Below are positions 10,548 to 23,387 of a stretch of 64,000 nt of DNA, piece after piece. The notes under the pieces are model-generated. The model saw nothing but the letters and a program-made list of their open reading frames with translations. It had not been told where the DNA came from and ran no database searches. The position numbers and the translations under genes are program-made. Numbering within the stretch: position 1 is the stretch's first letter; each line of letters begins with the position of its first letter. The stretch comes from Antedon mediterranea (lineage: Eukaryota; Animalia; Echinodermata): assembly GCF_964355755.1 (NCBI RefSeq), contig NC_092672.1, forward strand, positions 26,542,437-26,606,436. The letters are read 5' to 3'.

Positions 10548-13500
10548 TTATGGTGCTCTTTTAATCATCATCACTGTCTTCTTGAGACTGTTGTAATTAT
10601 GGAAATGGAGCCAGAAGATGCTTCTCATATCATCTGTACCTGGTGTAGTGTACAGCCCATTCAGGTTTGAATAAGAGCAGTCTTTGTACCACCAAGCACC
10701 ATTGAATCTCTCAGCACAGTTTGCATTGCTTAGCTTATCATTATCTCTATCATACGTTGTAAATTGTTGACCACTGTGGAATGACGGCAGTAAAGAATCA
10801 CCTAAACAAAAACAATTATAGATCATCTGTTTTCTAATAAATCTTTAAATTAAAATTCATTTTTAAATATTTGTTTTTCTAGATATTATAAAAAAATTGA
10901 TATAAAAGGGAAAATATTAATTATACAATATACCCTACAATTCATAATTATGTTATAATTGATTTAATTTTGTTTCTAAAATTGTATGCTATTACATTAA
11001 ATCATAACACAATATAATATTTTTTTTCATTTATTTATATCTCATATCATAGTCTATTTTAATATTTTATTTTATATATTTTGTTTGTCATATAGTTATA
11101 CTTTAAATGCAATGCATTTCAATAATGAAGAAAATACGTAGTTGTGAAAAATTTTGAAGTGGAAGGCCATTCAAAAATTTAGTTTAGATTAGGATTATTT
11201 TTGCATGTGATTCAATTCAATACTATTATTAGAATTGTTTTGTTCTATTTTCAGAAGTTTTTAGAAGCTTTTCTTTAACATTTGTCCAACGTATGTTGCA
11301 TAATACACTGTACAGTATATATGCAGTTATTTTTGAAATGGTTTATTTTTTGAAAATGTTTGGTTTTAACAACTATCAAATTACGTAGAAACCGAAAACA
11401 GCTACAGATTATTATTGTCTCACTTGCATGTCAGTTTCGCAGTTAGTTTATTGGAAGATTTGTGATTCTAAAAATGATTAAAAAAATATAGAAACATTTT
11501 TAAAATTTACTACTGTAGTACTGCAAATACAAAATGTAGGCTAGACCTTAGGCCCGCTGTATGGGCCTCAGCTATAATATACAGTATGTTAATATGGTAG
11601 CTCGTCTAGGCCCCTAGAAAACATTTGTCAACACTTTTATACTTGACATTTGTGATTCAAATATAAAATAATTTAAGCTACATTAGGCCTAGAATAAAAT
11701 GGAATTGGAGAAATATCAACACGCGAAAACCTCAATAAAGTAGTTAATATCAAATCATTCTGTATGCGAAAATATGGCCATTTACAGTTTCTTTCTAAAT
11801 TTCTAACCTAAATAAGTTACAAATACTTTGCTGAAATATAATTTCTATCTTTTTACTTCATATTTTTTACAATATTTGCAAATAGTAAAATAACAAAATT
11901 GTTCCCATAGCTATATTGGATGGAGAGTTTATTGATTTGAAAACACTAGAAAATTGCCAACTTGATTAATAATACTATTACATTTTAACCGGTGTTCCTC
12001 ATTTATCTATTTCATTTGTTTGTTCATGCTACAAATTATATAGTAATTAAGGAACCTTGTCAATAGATTTTATGGATTTTCCAATTTGACTAAAATACCA
12101 TTTGACAATAATTTCGCTCTTATGAAAGTTTTGGAACATTAGTATTATAATGTGATGATTATCATTGTCAACCTGAACGTTTCCACAGCCGTGTAAAGGC
12201 TATATTCTCTATATTCAGTGTTTTCTTTCCCTGGCACTGTTTTAGTAATGAATTAGTGAGCTGTGGCGATGATGTTAGATTACTTATAATAAATTTGAAT
12301 AAACTGTATACTTACCGTCCAACCTCCATCTTTCCTCATGTCACAGTACAAACTAAACTCTCCATCACATGACTGTATCACATATTCACCACTATCAGCA
12401 GAAGGATTATTTTGTAAAATGTCACCACAGTCCCTCATAAAACTCTTTAAAAAAAGTTTCTGATATAAAAAAGATCACTGATATATAGGTAAAATGAAGT
12501 GTTAGATATATAAAATTATTTATAGTTTTTGCCTAGTTTTCTCATTTATAGATTAAGATCATTTTAGTCGCATGCAACGCGACTCTACAATAATAACGAT
12601 AACCATAACCATAACGATAACGATAACCATAACCATAACGATAACGATAACCATAACCATAACGATAACGATAACCATAACCATAACGATAACGATAACC
12701 ATAACCATAACGATAACGATAACCATAACCATAACGAAAACGATAAAGATAACCGATAACCGACAACCGATAGACGATAGACGATAGACGAAAGACGATA
12801 GACGACAGCCGACAAACGAAAATCGACAACCACAACAACAATAATAATATACCACATTTATATAGCGCCCTTTTCATGAATAAATATGCTCAAAGGCGCT
12901 TAACAAATAGTTCATTCTTATATAGCGCATTGTTAGAAGAAATGCGCTGCACATTTTTACCCCGGTCATTTTTTGGATCAAACACGTATAGAAACATACT
13001 TCCATGATATTTGCAACTAGTACTTAGCGCAAGGTTGTGTCTTCATCTAACCGGTACCGCCCATTTATACACCTGGGTGGAGAGAGGCAAATGTAAGTAC
13101 TATCTTGCCTAACCACGATCTCACGATCAGTAATCCAACGCCCAATTCACTGCGTCACACGCCCCTATAACTCTATAGCTCAATATGTCGGTCGGTAGAT
13201 GAACTCAAATTTGCGCACCCTACTGCATATGGCATTGTTCTAGTCAATGTTTAGTTTTTAATGTGGGCGATCTGAATGATATCGGTGTCGTTGACTCCAA
13301 TAGAACTCTCCCTCCTATTACTTTAATAGATTTTTTTTGTTTCATCCATACACATGAAACAACGAAACCGCAAGATTTTATTTCAATTCTTTGAGAAAAG
13401 AGCTTGTATCTATAGAGGAAATTCAATTTCAAATTGCAAAACTAATATAATGGGCAAACATTTGATGTGAACTTTCATATAGAATGAATGAAGATAGAAG

Positions 13501-14065
13501 TTTCCAAAATTGTATACTTACTTTCGGAATTGGTGCCCAGGACCTGAAGGAAAATACCATTAATTTGTAATTAATAGACAACAAATAGACAATTACAGTA
13601 AAACAAATTAAAAGTCTAAATCTGACTGGCTACAGATTTACACACTTTTTTATCGAAACATCTGTAAATCTAATAAAACAATTTGTAATATGTTGATGTT
13701 TAGTTGAATCATAATATTACTGCAGTTGTTCATTTCATCAGTACACTAATCAGTTATGATATACTTATATCACTCACCTTTTCGATGTAAAAAAATTCAT
13801 ACGCTTTGTTGTTTTCAATTGTTGCTTTTTCCATTTCCATTCGCTGCCAGCTGATTTGACACACACGATCTTTCTGGTTATAATTGACTGACAAGCAATA
13901 ACATTTGTCGGAACATTCCAGCAAGCAATTTACACGGCTAATATTTTTCAACTCGTAACTCCAACTAGTTTCAAGAGCCTGCTCTCGGATAACTGTATAG
14001 AATGAATTGCTCGAAAGAACACTGATGACAAAAGGCAAAAAAAAGACAACCAAAATAGTAGGCAT
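10548..14065 (-). CDS. Secreted PAN/Apple + fibrinogen-related (FReD) protein gene; central FReD exon(s) not found, possibly pseudogene
   Basis: Exon 14065-13778: signal peptide plus PAN-like CLLECSDKCYCLSVNYNQKDRVCQIS, donor gtgagt. Exon 12459-12316: RDCGDILQ..SGEYVI..LYCDMRKDGGWT, donor gtaagt. Exon 10801-10548: GDSL..FTTYDRDND..NCA..GAWWYKDC..SNLNG..LKKTVMMIK*. The phase-0 donor and phase-1 acceptor require a missing middle exon. Confidence 0.75.
12590..12800. repeat. Compound microsatellite, 24-bp period (ACGATA)2(ACCATA)2 decaying to (GACGATA)n
   Basis: Directly visible tandem array. Confidence 0.9.
12840..13165 (-). mobile_element. tRNA-derived SINE, same family as 36075-36393
   Basis: Shares the head, central domain and AAAAGGGCGCTATATAAATGTGG tail, with indels. 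Confidence 0.7.
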
Positions 14066-14569
14066 TCTGACGTTTTTAGAAATACGTATTGACCAATGAA
14101 ACTAAGTTGCCTTCAAATGCACGTACGCTGTATTTGTGGTAACTAGTAACTATATTTTCATCTAATATATATGATGTTCCATCCAAGTAGAGCTCTGTCT
14201 GCACCAATCAAATAGTAATAAAATTACACGATTTACATAATAATAAGAGAAAATAACCAATAAGTGCGCATGGTAAGTTATTAACAAAACAACCAGGCCC
14301 AATCACAACGCACCAATTTGTCCTCTATAATATATAATAATTATCCGATTTGAGTGAGATAATTATCGGTGAATTTTTTTTTAGTAGAATTGGTTTATCG
14401 GTTAATTTTTATCGGTAAATTATCGGTTAATTTTTTGCTGCAGAAACACGGCCAAAATTATTAATTATTTCTCCATAATTATAGAAAGGGTACTTAAGAA
14501 TATAATATGGAAATTGTTTTATAATATTATCAACAAGTGGGTTTAATCAAGTTCTTGTTTATTTTTCAA

Positions 14570-14992
14570 AGGCCTTCTCGGATTTTGGAATGTTGATCAA
14601 CATCGGCAAACAGTAATCCTGGCTCAGGGCGCAGATGAAGAACCACCTTATGGTAAACCCTTAGAAGTGGTAATTACTGGTACAACTGATATATTTACGA
14701 TGCTTAGAAAACTGCGCTTACGTTGGTCTGGTCATTATTCGGCAGGAAGATTACCATCTACAAAAAAAATATTTTCTACGGTGAACTGGCTATCGACCAC
14801 GCACGTCCAAAATTCCGCTTTAAAGATATTATTAAGCGTGATCTGTTTTCTTTTAAAATTTTCACTGGTTCTTGGGAAACTCTCACCTCCAACCAAACAT
14901 CCTGGCGTTCTAAATTAGTAACTGGTCATCAATTATTTCCCAATGCATATGTTGCTGAATGTGAAAGGATTCGTAGTATTCGTCACCAATAG
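14570..14992 (+). mobile_element. RTE-type LINE ORF2 C-terminal fragment
   Basis: RLRWSGH, KNIFYGEL..RPKFRFKDIIKRDL, WETL..WRS across a frameshift. Confidence 0.7.
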
Positions 14993-17318
14993 AGTAGTTT
15001 AAAACCTAATTGCAGATGTTGATAAAATTACTGTATACACAAATATTTTAACAAATAAATGAACTCAACAGAACTTATCCGTAGCAGAGTTAGTTAAATA
15101 ATATTTTTGACGGGATTGGGCCATATATTGATAGTAATTTCTGCTAAATATAGAAAATGGTCAAGAAAAAAAATTGATGCTCTTAAACAGCCCCTTTGTT
15201 CAACATATTACATATTCAACAGTAATTGAGAGCAACAAATAGTCAAATTATTCAACCGTTTAGTTTGTCTTTTTATAAGTGAAAACCGTATGTTTTTATT
15301 TTTTCTCTACGGAAGTGATTAACTTTTAAAACAACAAAATGGCCTACCAAAATCTGATTTTATTAATCTTAATTTGTTCATGGTTGCACCGTAAACCTAT
15401 GTACTGACTTAATTACATTACGTTACGTTTGAAACAGCCATTTTACATTTATACATCTTTTTTTTGTCTTGTGCGAGGTCGTCCCACTTTTATTATAATT
15501 CTCTGTTTTATATGATATATTATATATAAAAATAAAGGTACATTTGTAACAATTAAATATTTGTATGAATATTTCTCTTTCTATTATATTTTACTACGAT
15601 TCTTACAGTGTTAAAAGTAGTTAAAATGCATATTTACATAAAAAGATGATTGATTTCAATATAAAACCATATGCTTTTATTTACAATTTTAAAGAAGATG
15701 TTAATTAAAATATAAAGATAAAAAATGATAATAAAAGACTATAAACTGTCATAATTGTACTTATAAAATCTTGTTCGTGTTCGAGTAGAGAGGCTATAAA
15801 CTCAGAGGAGGAATATAAAATATCCTCCATTGTCATCAAGACAAAAAGGATGAGATGAAAAAAGAGGATTGCAAAAGTTGAAAAATAGATAATAAGGAAA
15901 ATAGCATGGAATATTTAATGAAAACCAAAAGGTTAGAGTCCATACACTGTGCAAGTCCAAGATGCCATTTTGGCCCTGTGTGTATGTGAGACGCTTCAAA
16001 CCCGATGTCATCTTATAATACTACTGTATACAATTTGTAATTGATAAATAAACAAAAAACAATATTGCATTTTAGAAAATGTAAAAAAAAACACTTCATA
16101 CAACTTATATTCATGCTATCAATTGTAGCAGAGTTTTCTTTTTTGCATACCATTTACGTTGTGCCTTAATTAAGTTACACATAGTGTTAATTTTCTATTA
16201 GATTTTTCACTTCAGCAGTGAAAAGAATCCAGATCTTTTTTTTATCATCTTTATCTTTTCTTCCAGCATTGGATATTATGTGTACCTTGTATATACAGAA
16301 TAAAAACAGAGAAATCAATTCATTTACAATATTGTTTTTGTTCCTGTAACAATTTTAAACCAAGTAATATTATCTTCAGCTCAAAAGCAATTAGCCAGCA
16401 CATCTTTAAATTTGTGCCATGTCCATTGAATGGCATTGCATTCAAACACCATGTGCTGTTCACTTTCTATCTGATTTATACAATTGTCACATAAATTGTT
16501 TTCTGTTAAATTCAATAGTTACACGGAAATATACGATGTAGGAGTTTAAAGTTGAATTGAGCAATTTTAACTATAATGTTTCATCTTGTATACCTTATAA
16601 TATCATACTTTATTCCAATCTATTTCTACGTTATTTAGTTAACATTTACATTTTCTTTTAGTACAGGCTATATGTGACATTTATCCTATGTAACCTTGAA
16701 AAAATTCTAATAAAAGGTCTTTTGGTATTTTCTTGTAGCTTTAGGTGTGAATAAATACCAAAAAATTTTTGCAGCCTTCTAGTTGCTGCGTTAGTGAGAT
16801 ATTGAGGGTCAAAGGTCAGTGACCTTTTTGTGGCATTTGATGGCTCATAACCCCTCAATTCCTGGGTTTAAAAAGACAACTGTGGTGTCTACATCTATGT
16901 TTTAGTGGTCAAACAACAAAATAAAGATTTTGCAAATTTCGGGTTACTTGTGCCATTGGTCAGATAGTCGGGTCAAAGGTCATTGACCTTTATTCATTAA
17001 TAACTACTACTAGTTTAGGACCTGGGTACGATTTGTATGCATTCAATTTAGGAGAGAATATCTCAACTGTTATAGGATAATTAGACCCCAAGGAACAACA
17101 TGGGATATGTGCCAAATTCGTTATCGGGGGGGGGGGGGGCGAACATGCCCAAAATCGGGGTCAAAGGTTAGAAATGTGTGGTTCTTATATCTCGACAACC
17201 AAATCATACAGATTTGCTTTTGGTGTCAAATTGTTCAGAAAATACATATTTATATTCAGTCTAACACAACGTTTACCCCAAAAATGACCGGAAATGCTTT
17301 TACTGACCTTTGAACAAA

Positions 17319-19030
17319 CTTACTTACTTAATGTCATCCCACTATTAAGAGGGTGCCATGATAATTTGTCTCCACACATCTCTATCAAGCATGCTCTTTC
17401 TCAGTTCACTCAGGTCTAGTTTGGTATCTTTCAACAGAATGTCGAGCGAAGTCAGTTGAGGTCTGCCCACTTTCCTTTACTCTTCTGGTTCCCAAAGGAG
17501 AACTCTTGAGGCAGGCTCAGAGCTTCTCATAACATGACCGGCAAGGCCCATGCGACGTCTTTGAATGATGGTCGTAAGACGGGGAAGGTTGGCATATAGT
17601 GTCTTGTTGGTGGCGTGTGAGGACCATGGGATGTTTTGGACTTTCCTCAGCATGCGGGTGTATGCTCCATCCAATGATTTTGAGAGCGATGAAGTAAGAC
17701 TCCATGTCTCACAGCCGTAAAGAAGAATGGCTTCAACTGTTGACTTAAAGAGGCGGATTTTTGTGGACTTGTTGATACGAGATGCCCATATTTTTGAAAG
17801 ACTGTTTAGCGCACCCCATGCTTGACCAAGTCTTGCTTCGACATCATGGTTAGTGGATGAACAGTAGCTTCCGAGGTACTTGAAATCCTCTACTTGTTCT
17901 ATTGCTGATCCATCCAGTGCGAGAGTTATAGAAGGTGATGAGGGGTTTAAATGTATGAATTGAGTCTTCTTGATGTTTAAGTATAAACCTATAGCTTGTG
18001 TGGCTTGTTGAATTCTGTGCAGTAGATTTTCGGCAGCATGTATGGAATCTTCAAGAATGGCGATGTCATCGGCAAAGTCCAGGTCTGGTAGTACTTCAGC
18101 TGGATGTCTTCTACTACGGCGGAGGGTGAGACCGTCTGATGATGTAGTTGCTGATCGCACTACATAGTCAAGGCAGACAATAAACAAGAATGGAGCAAGA
18201 GGGTCTCCTTGAACTACGCCAGAGTCGATGTTGAAGCAATCAGTCTCACCATCTGAAGTCAGGACAACTGCTGATGTATTGATATACATTACTCTGATGG
18301 CTTCTACAATTTTATGAGGGATGCCGTATGCTAAGAGGATCTTCATCATGATGTTGCGATTGATGGAATTGAAGGCTTTGCGAAACTCAATAAAGATAAT
18401 GACTGCCTCTTTGTGATGGTTCTTAACCTCTTCAACAATTCTCCTCAGTGCAAGAATGTGCGTAGTTGTTGATCGTGCCTGACGAAAGCCATTCTGGTTG
18501 GGGCGTAAAACTTCATTAATCACAGGACGTATCCTATTTAAAATCAGGCGATTGTAGATATTTGCAGCCAATTGTGATAATGAAATACCCCTCTAGTTAT
18601 CTGGTTTTGAAAGATCACCTTTTTTCGGGATATGAACGAAATTCCCCATTCTGATGGCCTGTTTCCATCAAGAATTTGATTGCAGAAAGAAGTGAGAGCT
18701 TTCTGGGTGCCAGGTAATTTCCATATTTCGATGGGAAGACCGTCAAGACCAGGTGCTTTGCCAGATTTCATCTGTTTGCAGGCAATTGACACCTCAGCCT
18801 CGGAGAACCTCTCAGAGCTTATCTGGTGGTTAAGTTGAAGATTTTGACGATATCCATGTCATCTACCACTGAAGTCTCCACCGATAGTAGTTTGTGGAAG
18901 TGAGTTTTCCATGCTAGAAGACGATCCTCTCCCATGATGCAGGCACTTTGAGATCTCTTCCCTGAGAGTTGTTTGACAAGTTGCCATGCAGATCTTAAGC
19001 TGTTGGCCGATGCTGGTTGATCGAAAAAAA
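17319..19030 (-). mobile_element. 5'-truncated RTE-clade LINE (reverse transcriptase), frameshifted
   Basis: RT motifs KAPGLDG, QNGFR, GVVQGDPLAPFLF, FADD, FKYLGS, LLYGCETW. (TAAG)n 3' tail. TSD TGAACAAA/TGACCAAA at 17311-17318 and 19031-19038. Confidence 0.9.
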
Positions 19031-19229
19031 TGACCAAAAAACACATTTTCTGGTTAAATTATTCTTTAAAATGTCAATGGACACACTGTATGGTATAAAA
19101 TGGAAGCATATACAATATGCTACCCATTGCTACCCAACTTGTATTGACATTTTTAATTAGGAATATAACTTTATGGAAAATGTGCATAATTGACTTCAGT
19201 ATTTAGAATTATTATTAATTTATCTTTAT

Positions 19230-20240
19230 CAACTGGTACGACCTTTCCTGATGATTTGAAGTTGGGTCTAGTTACATTTATTTTAAAGAAACCTTCACTG
19301 GATCATACTTGCATGGCAAATTTTCGATCTATTTCTAATGTCGCTTTTTTATTTAATTGATCCTTGAGAAATGCGTTGCTTTAGATCTCATACATTTTCT
19401 TGACGACAATAATCTGTTCGACCCTCTTCAATCAGCATATAGAAAGCACCACAGTACAGAGTCAGCCATTCTCAAGGTGCATAATGATATTATTTTAACT
19501 CTGAATAAAGGTAATTGTCTTTTTTCTGTGTACCTCGACCTGTCGGCAGCTTCTGATACCATGGACTATTCCATTCTTATTGCAAGACTCTCGTCTATTG
19601 GTATATGTGGATCTGCTCTAAATTGGTTCAAGTCATATTTGTCTTCTAGGAAGCAGCAGGTCCGGATTGGTAATGTCAAATCCACCTCTATCGACCTGAA
19701 ATGCGGTGTTCCTCAAGGATCAATACTGGGTCCAGTATTGTTTTTAGTTTACATCTCGCCCATGAGTGATATCATTAAGAGACATTGTGTCCAATATCAT
19801 GTGTACGCAGATGATACACAACTGTACATCAGCTTTAATCCAGCAGAGTTTAATGAGGCGAAATCGGTTATCAAAGCTTGTGTTGTTGATGTTCAGGATT
19901 GGCTAACTAAAAACATGCTCTTTTTAAACCTGGTAAAACAGAAATCTTATTACTTCATTCAAAACACTTCAAGAAATTGGCCATTGCTAGAAACATCAAT
20001 CACATCATCGTTGGAGGTTAGATATATCGGAGTTGTATTTGACTCAGCAACGATTATGTCCAGACATATCAACAACATTAGTAAATCTGATACCTACCAC
20101 CTTCGTAACATAAGATCAATTCGCAAACACACTCCTCGCTTATTAAACTTGTCCATGCACTAATAACATCACGGTTAGACTACTGCAATGCCATTTTGTT
20201 TGGTCTACCAAATAAAGAACTTAATAAACTACAACTAAGT
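19230..20240 (+). mobile_element. CR1/L2-type LINE reverse transcriptase fragment
   Basis: QSAYRKHHSTESA, DLSAASDT, GVPQGSILGPVLF, YADDTQLY, SRLDYCN after a frameshift. Confidence 0.88.
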
Positions 20241-21984
20241 CTTTTCTTTTTTATACCAAATATTTCATTACAACGCTAGAATTATTTCACCTAAAATAAA
20301 CTTACATTAATTTATACTCATTTTTGTCTAAATTTAATAAAATATGCATATTTTCCAAAAATAACATCACATAATTAAATACAAGTTGGGTAGCAATGGG
20401 TAGCATATTGTATATGCTTTCATTTGATACCATACAGTGTGTCCATTGACATTTTAAATATTTAACCCGAAAATGTGTTTTTTGGTCAAAGGTCAGTAAA
20501 AGCATTTCCGGTCATTTTTTTGGGTAAAAGTTGTGTTAGACCGAATATAAATATGTATATTCTGAACAATTTGACACCAAAAGCAAATCTGTATGACAAG
20601 TGGTTTTCGAGATATAAGAACCACACATTTCTAACCTTTGACCCCGATTTTGGGCATGTTCGCCCCAGATAACGAATTTGACACATATCCCATGTTGTTC
20701 CTTGGGGTCAAATTATCCTATAACAGTTGAGATATTCTCTCCTAAATTGAATGCATACAAATCTTACTCAGGTCCTACACTAGCAGTAGTTATTAATGAA
20801 TAAAGGTCAATGACCTTTGACCCGACTATCTGACCAATGGCACAAGTAACCCAAAATTTGCAAAAACTTTATTTTGTTGTTTGACCACTAAAACATAGAT
20901 GTAGAAACCACATTTGTCTTTTTAAACCCAGGAGTTGAGGAGTTATGAGCCATCAAATGCCACAAAAAGGTGACTGACCTTTGACCCTCAATATCTCACT
21001 AACGCAGCAACTAGAAGGCTGCAAAAAATTTTTGGTAATTATTGACACCTAAAGCTACAAGAAAATACCAAAAGACCTTTTATTAGAATTTTTTCAAGGT
21101 CAAACCATATATAGCCTCTACTATTTGTGAACCTGGTTCACTGAAACGTTTGTTTATAACATTTTTATAGTAGATAGATCCTTTATTGTTCTTATGCTAC
21201 AATGAATAATTATTACCTACAACTTGATTATTTGGATTGTCATTTCTAATAATTTTTTTCCACACATTTGGTATGGCATTCATAAGCTGTAAATATTCAA
21301 TTTAACCATTATGATTTTTATACAAATTTGGAATTCTTTTACCTCATTTTATTCATTTATAAATATATCACCAATTGTTTTATAATCAGAATATAAACAT
21401 GATTTGAAATACAATAATGTATTGTTAGATATAAATGTTGATTTCTTTAAATTTCTAATTAAGTTGTTGGTTTTGGATACAAAATATTATTAAATTTTAC
21501 AACAGCATTAATCACGTCTTGTAGAATGTAGGCATATCTCTCAAGTTACCATGATCATGTACATTAAGTTTAGTACTTTTTATTGTATATTCAATTAGGT
21601 TAAGGAAATATTTCGGTATGCATTTCCATTTACCTGGATCTGGAATTAACCAATTGGTCTATAATTGTTAAAAGATTTGGTATAACTTTTGCGAAATGAG
21701 CAAACATCATTCATTCATATTTTCAAGAAGAGATTGCGTAATATGTAAAGAGTTCCTAGGGTACACTTCACCAAGGGTGGGTCAACTTTATTTTAATCTC
21801 AATCGGGCCGGCATTAAGGAGAGCAAGAAATAATACCGGCCCAAATACCACATTTAGTAAGAGAACTGGATGTCGGCAAAAATGGTTTTAAGTTTAATAC
21901 TAGGTCACTGAGAAAGCTGCAGATGCAATGATAGGAATTAGAGACCCCATCCGAGATTAATTAGTAATAATTTTAACAATATAA

Positions 21985-22600
21985 TAATATATCAACACGA
22001 TCGAATGCCATCATAAAATCAATAGCACAGAGATGATATCATAATTACCTTTATCCACATCCTAAATAACGATATCGATTTAGGAATTATTATACTTCAT
22101 TTATAAACAAATTACACATTATTTTTTAAATTTTAATAAATAAATATTTTTGTAACATATGTTTAAATTTTTTTTCAAACAACTTTTAAAAACTGCCCTA
22201 ACTATATGGAGTGGATATCAAAAAGAAATTTTAAATTTGTGTTACAATTAGAGCTTGTATATGTAAATGAAAGCTATAAAAAACTATTGTTAAATTTCTA
22301 ATTTCCAGGTCCTTTCTTTTCATGACATTTTAAAATTGTAAACAAAATGCCTTGATGGCCTGACAGAATACTGGATCTAATATCGGTGTCAATGACATCA
22401 TCGTTTTTATACATTACTCTCAATCAGTGTTCCGCAAACATTTTATTTCGCGGTCTAAAATACGGTTCTCAGTTCTCAATATAATGATCAACACGATCGA
22501 ACGCCATCATAAAATCAATAGCACAGAGATAATATCATAATTACCTTTATCCACATCCTAAATAATGATATCGATTTGGAAATTATTATACTTCATTTAG
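21985..22600. repeat. Direct repeat of ~115 bp
   Basis: ATCAACACGATCGAA..CTTCATTTA occurs at ~21991-22103 and ~22487-22599. Confidence 0.75.
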
Positions 22601-23387
22601 ACAAATTCACACACTCAACTTGTTTTAAACTCAACCATTTTTAACAATATTTCACACGAAAGTGCATATAAAAATATTGTTATCTTAATGGCAAAAAGGA
22701 GACATTTCGTTATTGTAAATTTAAAGACAAGAATGGCATGTCCCTTAATAGGCGTGTCCTAAAGGAAGAGTTTACGTAATATTAATTTGTTTTTTATTTG
22801 ATGTCCATTCATCAAATACCAATATATCTGACAGGATGAGAGCAAGAGGATAACAATATAAGCTCTTGAACTTGTATATATAAGAGTCCCTAACATATAA
22901 AGAAAAAATTTGCGTATTTTTGGCATGATTTGCGTATATTGGCAAAGCATAGCGCCCTCAATTTGTGTATTTTGGCAAAATTGATTCTTGCGTATTTTGG
23001 CAGGGTACTCACCAACCCTAATGTTATTATGAGAGTATGTTCCCGTACGCGATTTTTTTTTCCGTACGAGAGTTCCTCCATCGGTTCGTTTCGGACTCAA
23101 TCGACTCTCTTCGGTATTCGGTAAAGTCAGCTCACTGATGCGTGACAACATAATACAATTTACATTTACAAACCGCGAGCTAATACTTTCACACAGGCTG
23201 TCATAATAGTAAAATGAATCTACACTAATACGAGTTTTGATGACATTAATTAATAAATATTAGGCCTACTTAGTAATTACATTAAGAACCCAATAGCATA
23301 TTAAAGATATTTAGGTCGTATCAGATATTATTTTTTGAAGTTGAACGACCCTTTGTCACGAACGAAAGGCTCTTTTCTTATCGTTAT

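Larger units (their letters stand above)
16659..21123. mobile_element. Non-autonomous Academ-like DNA transposon with ~0.8-kb TIRs carrying two LINE fragments
   Basis: Termini TAGTACAGGCTATAT / ATATAGCCTCTACTA with 3-bp TSD TTT. The left arm (16659-17318 + 19031-~19200) is the reverse complement of ~20330-21123. TAG..CTA termini with a 3-bp TSD are typical of Academ. Confidence 0.75.

Noticed and set aside
12542-12877. Four overlapping ORFs with YRYGYG / ITITIT / VMVIVI repeats
   Set aside because: Translations of the hexamer microsatellite, not genes.
16658-17313. Short ORFs repeated at 20475-20686 and 62484-62705
   Set aside because: Chance frames in non-coding TIR sequence, repeated because the TIR is repeated.
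16659-21123. Polinton/Maverick assignment for the long-TIR element
   Set aside because: TSD is 3 bp rather than 6 bp, termini read TAG...CTA, and there are no polB or integrase remnants.
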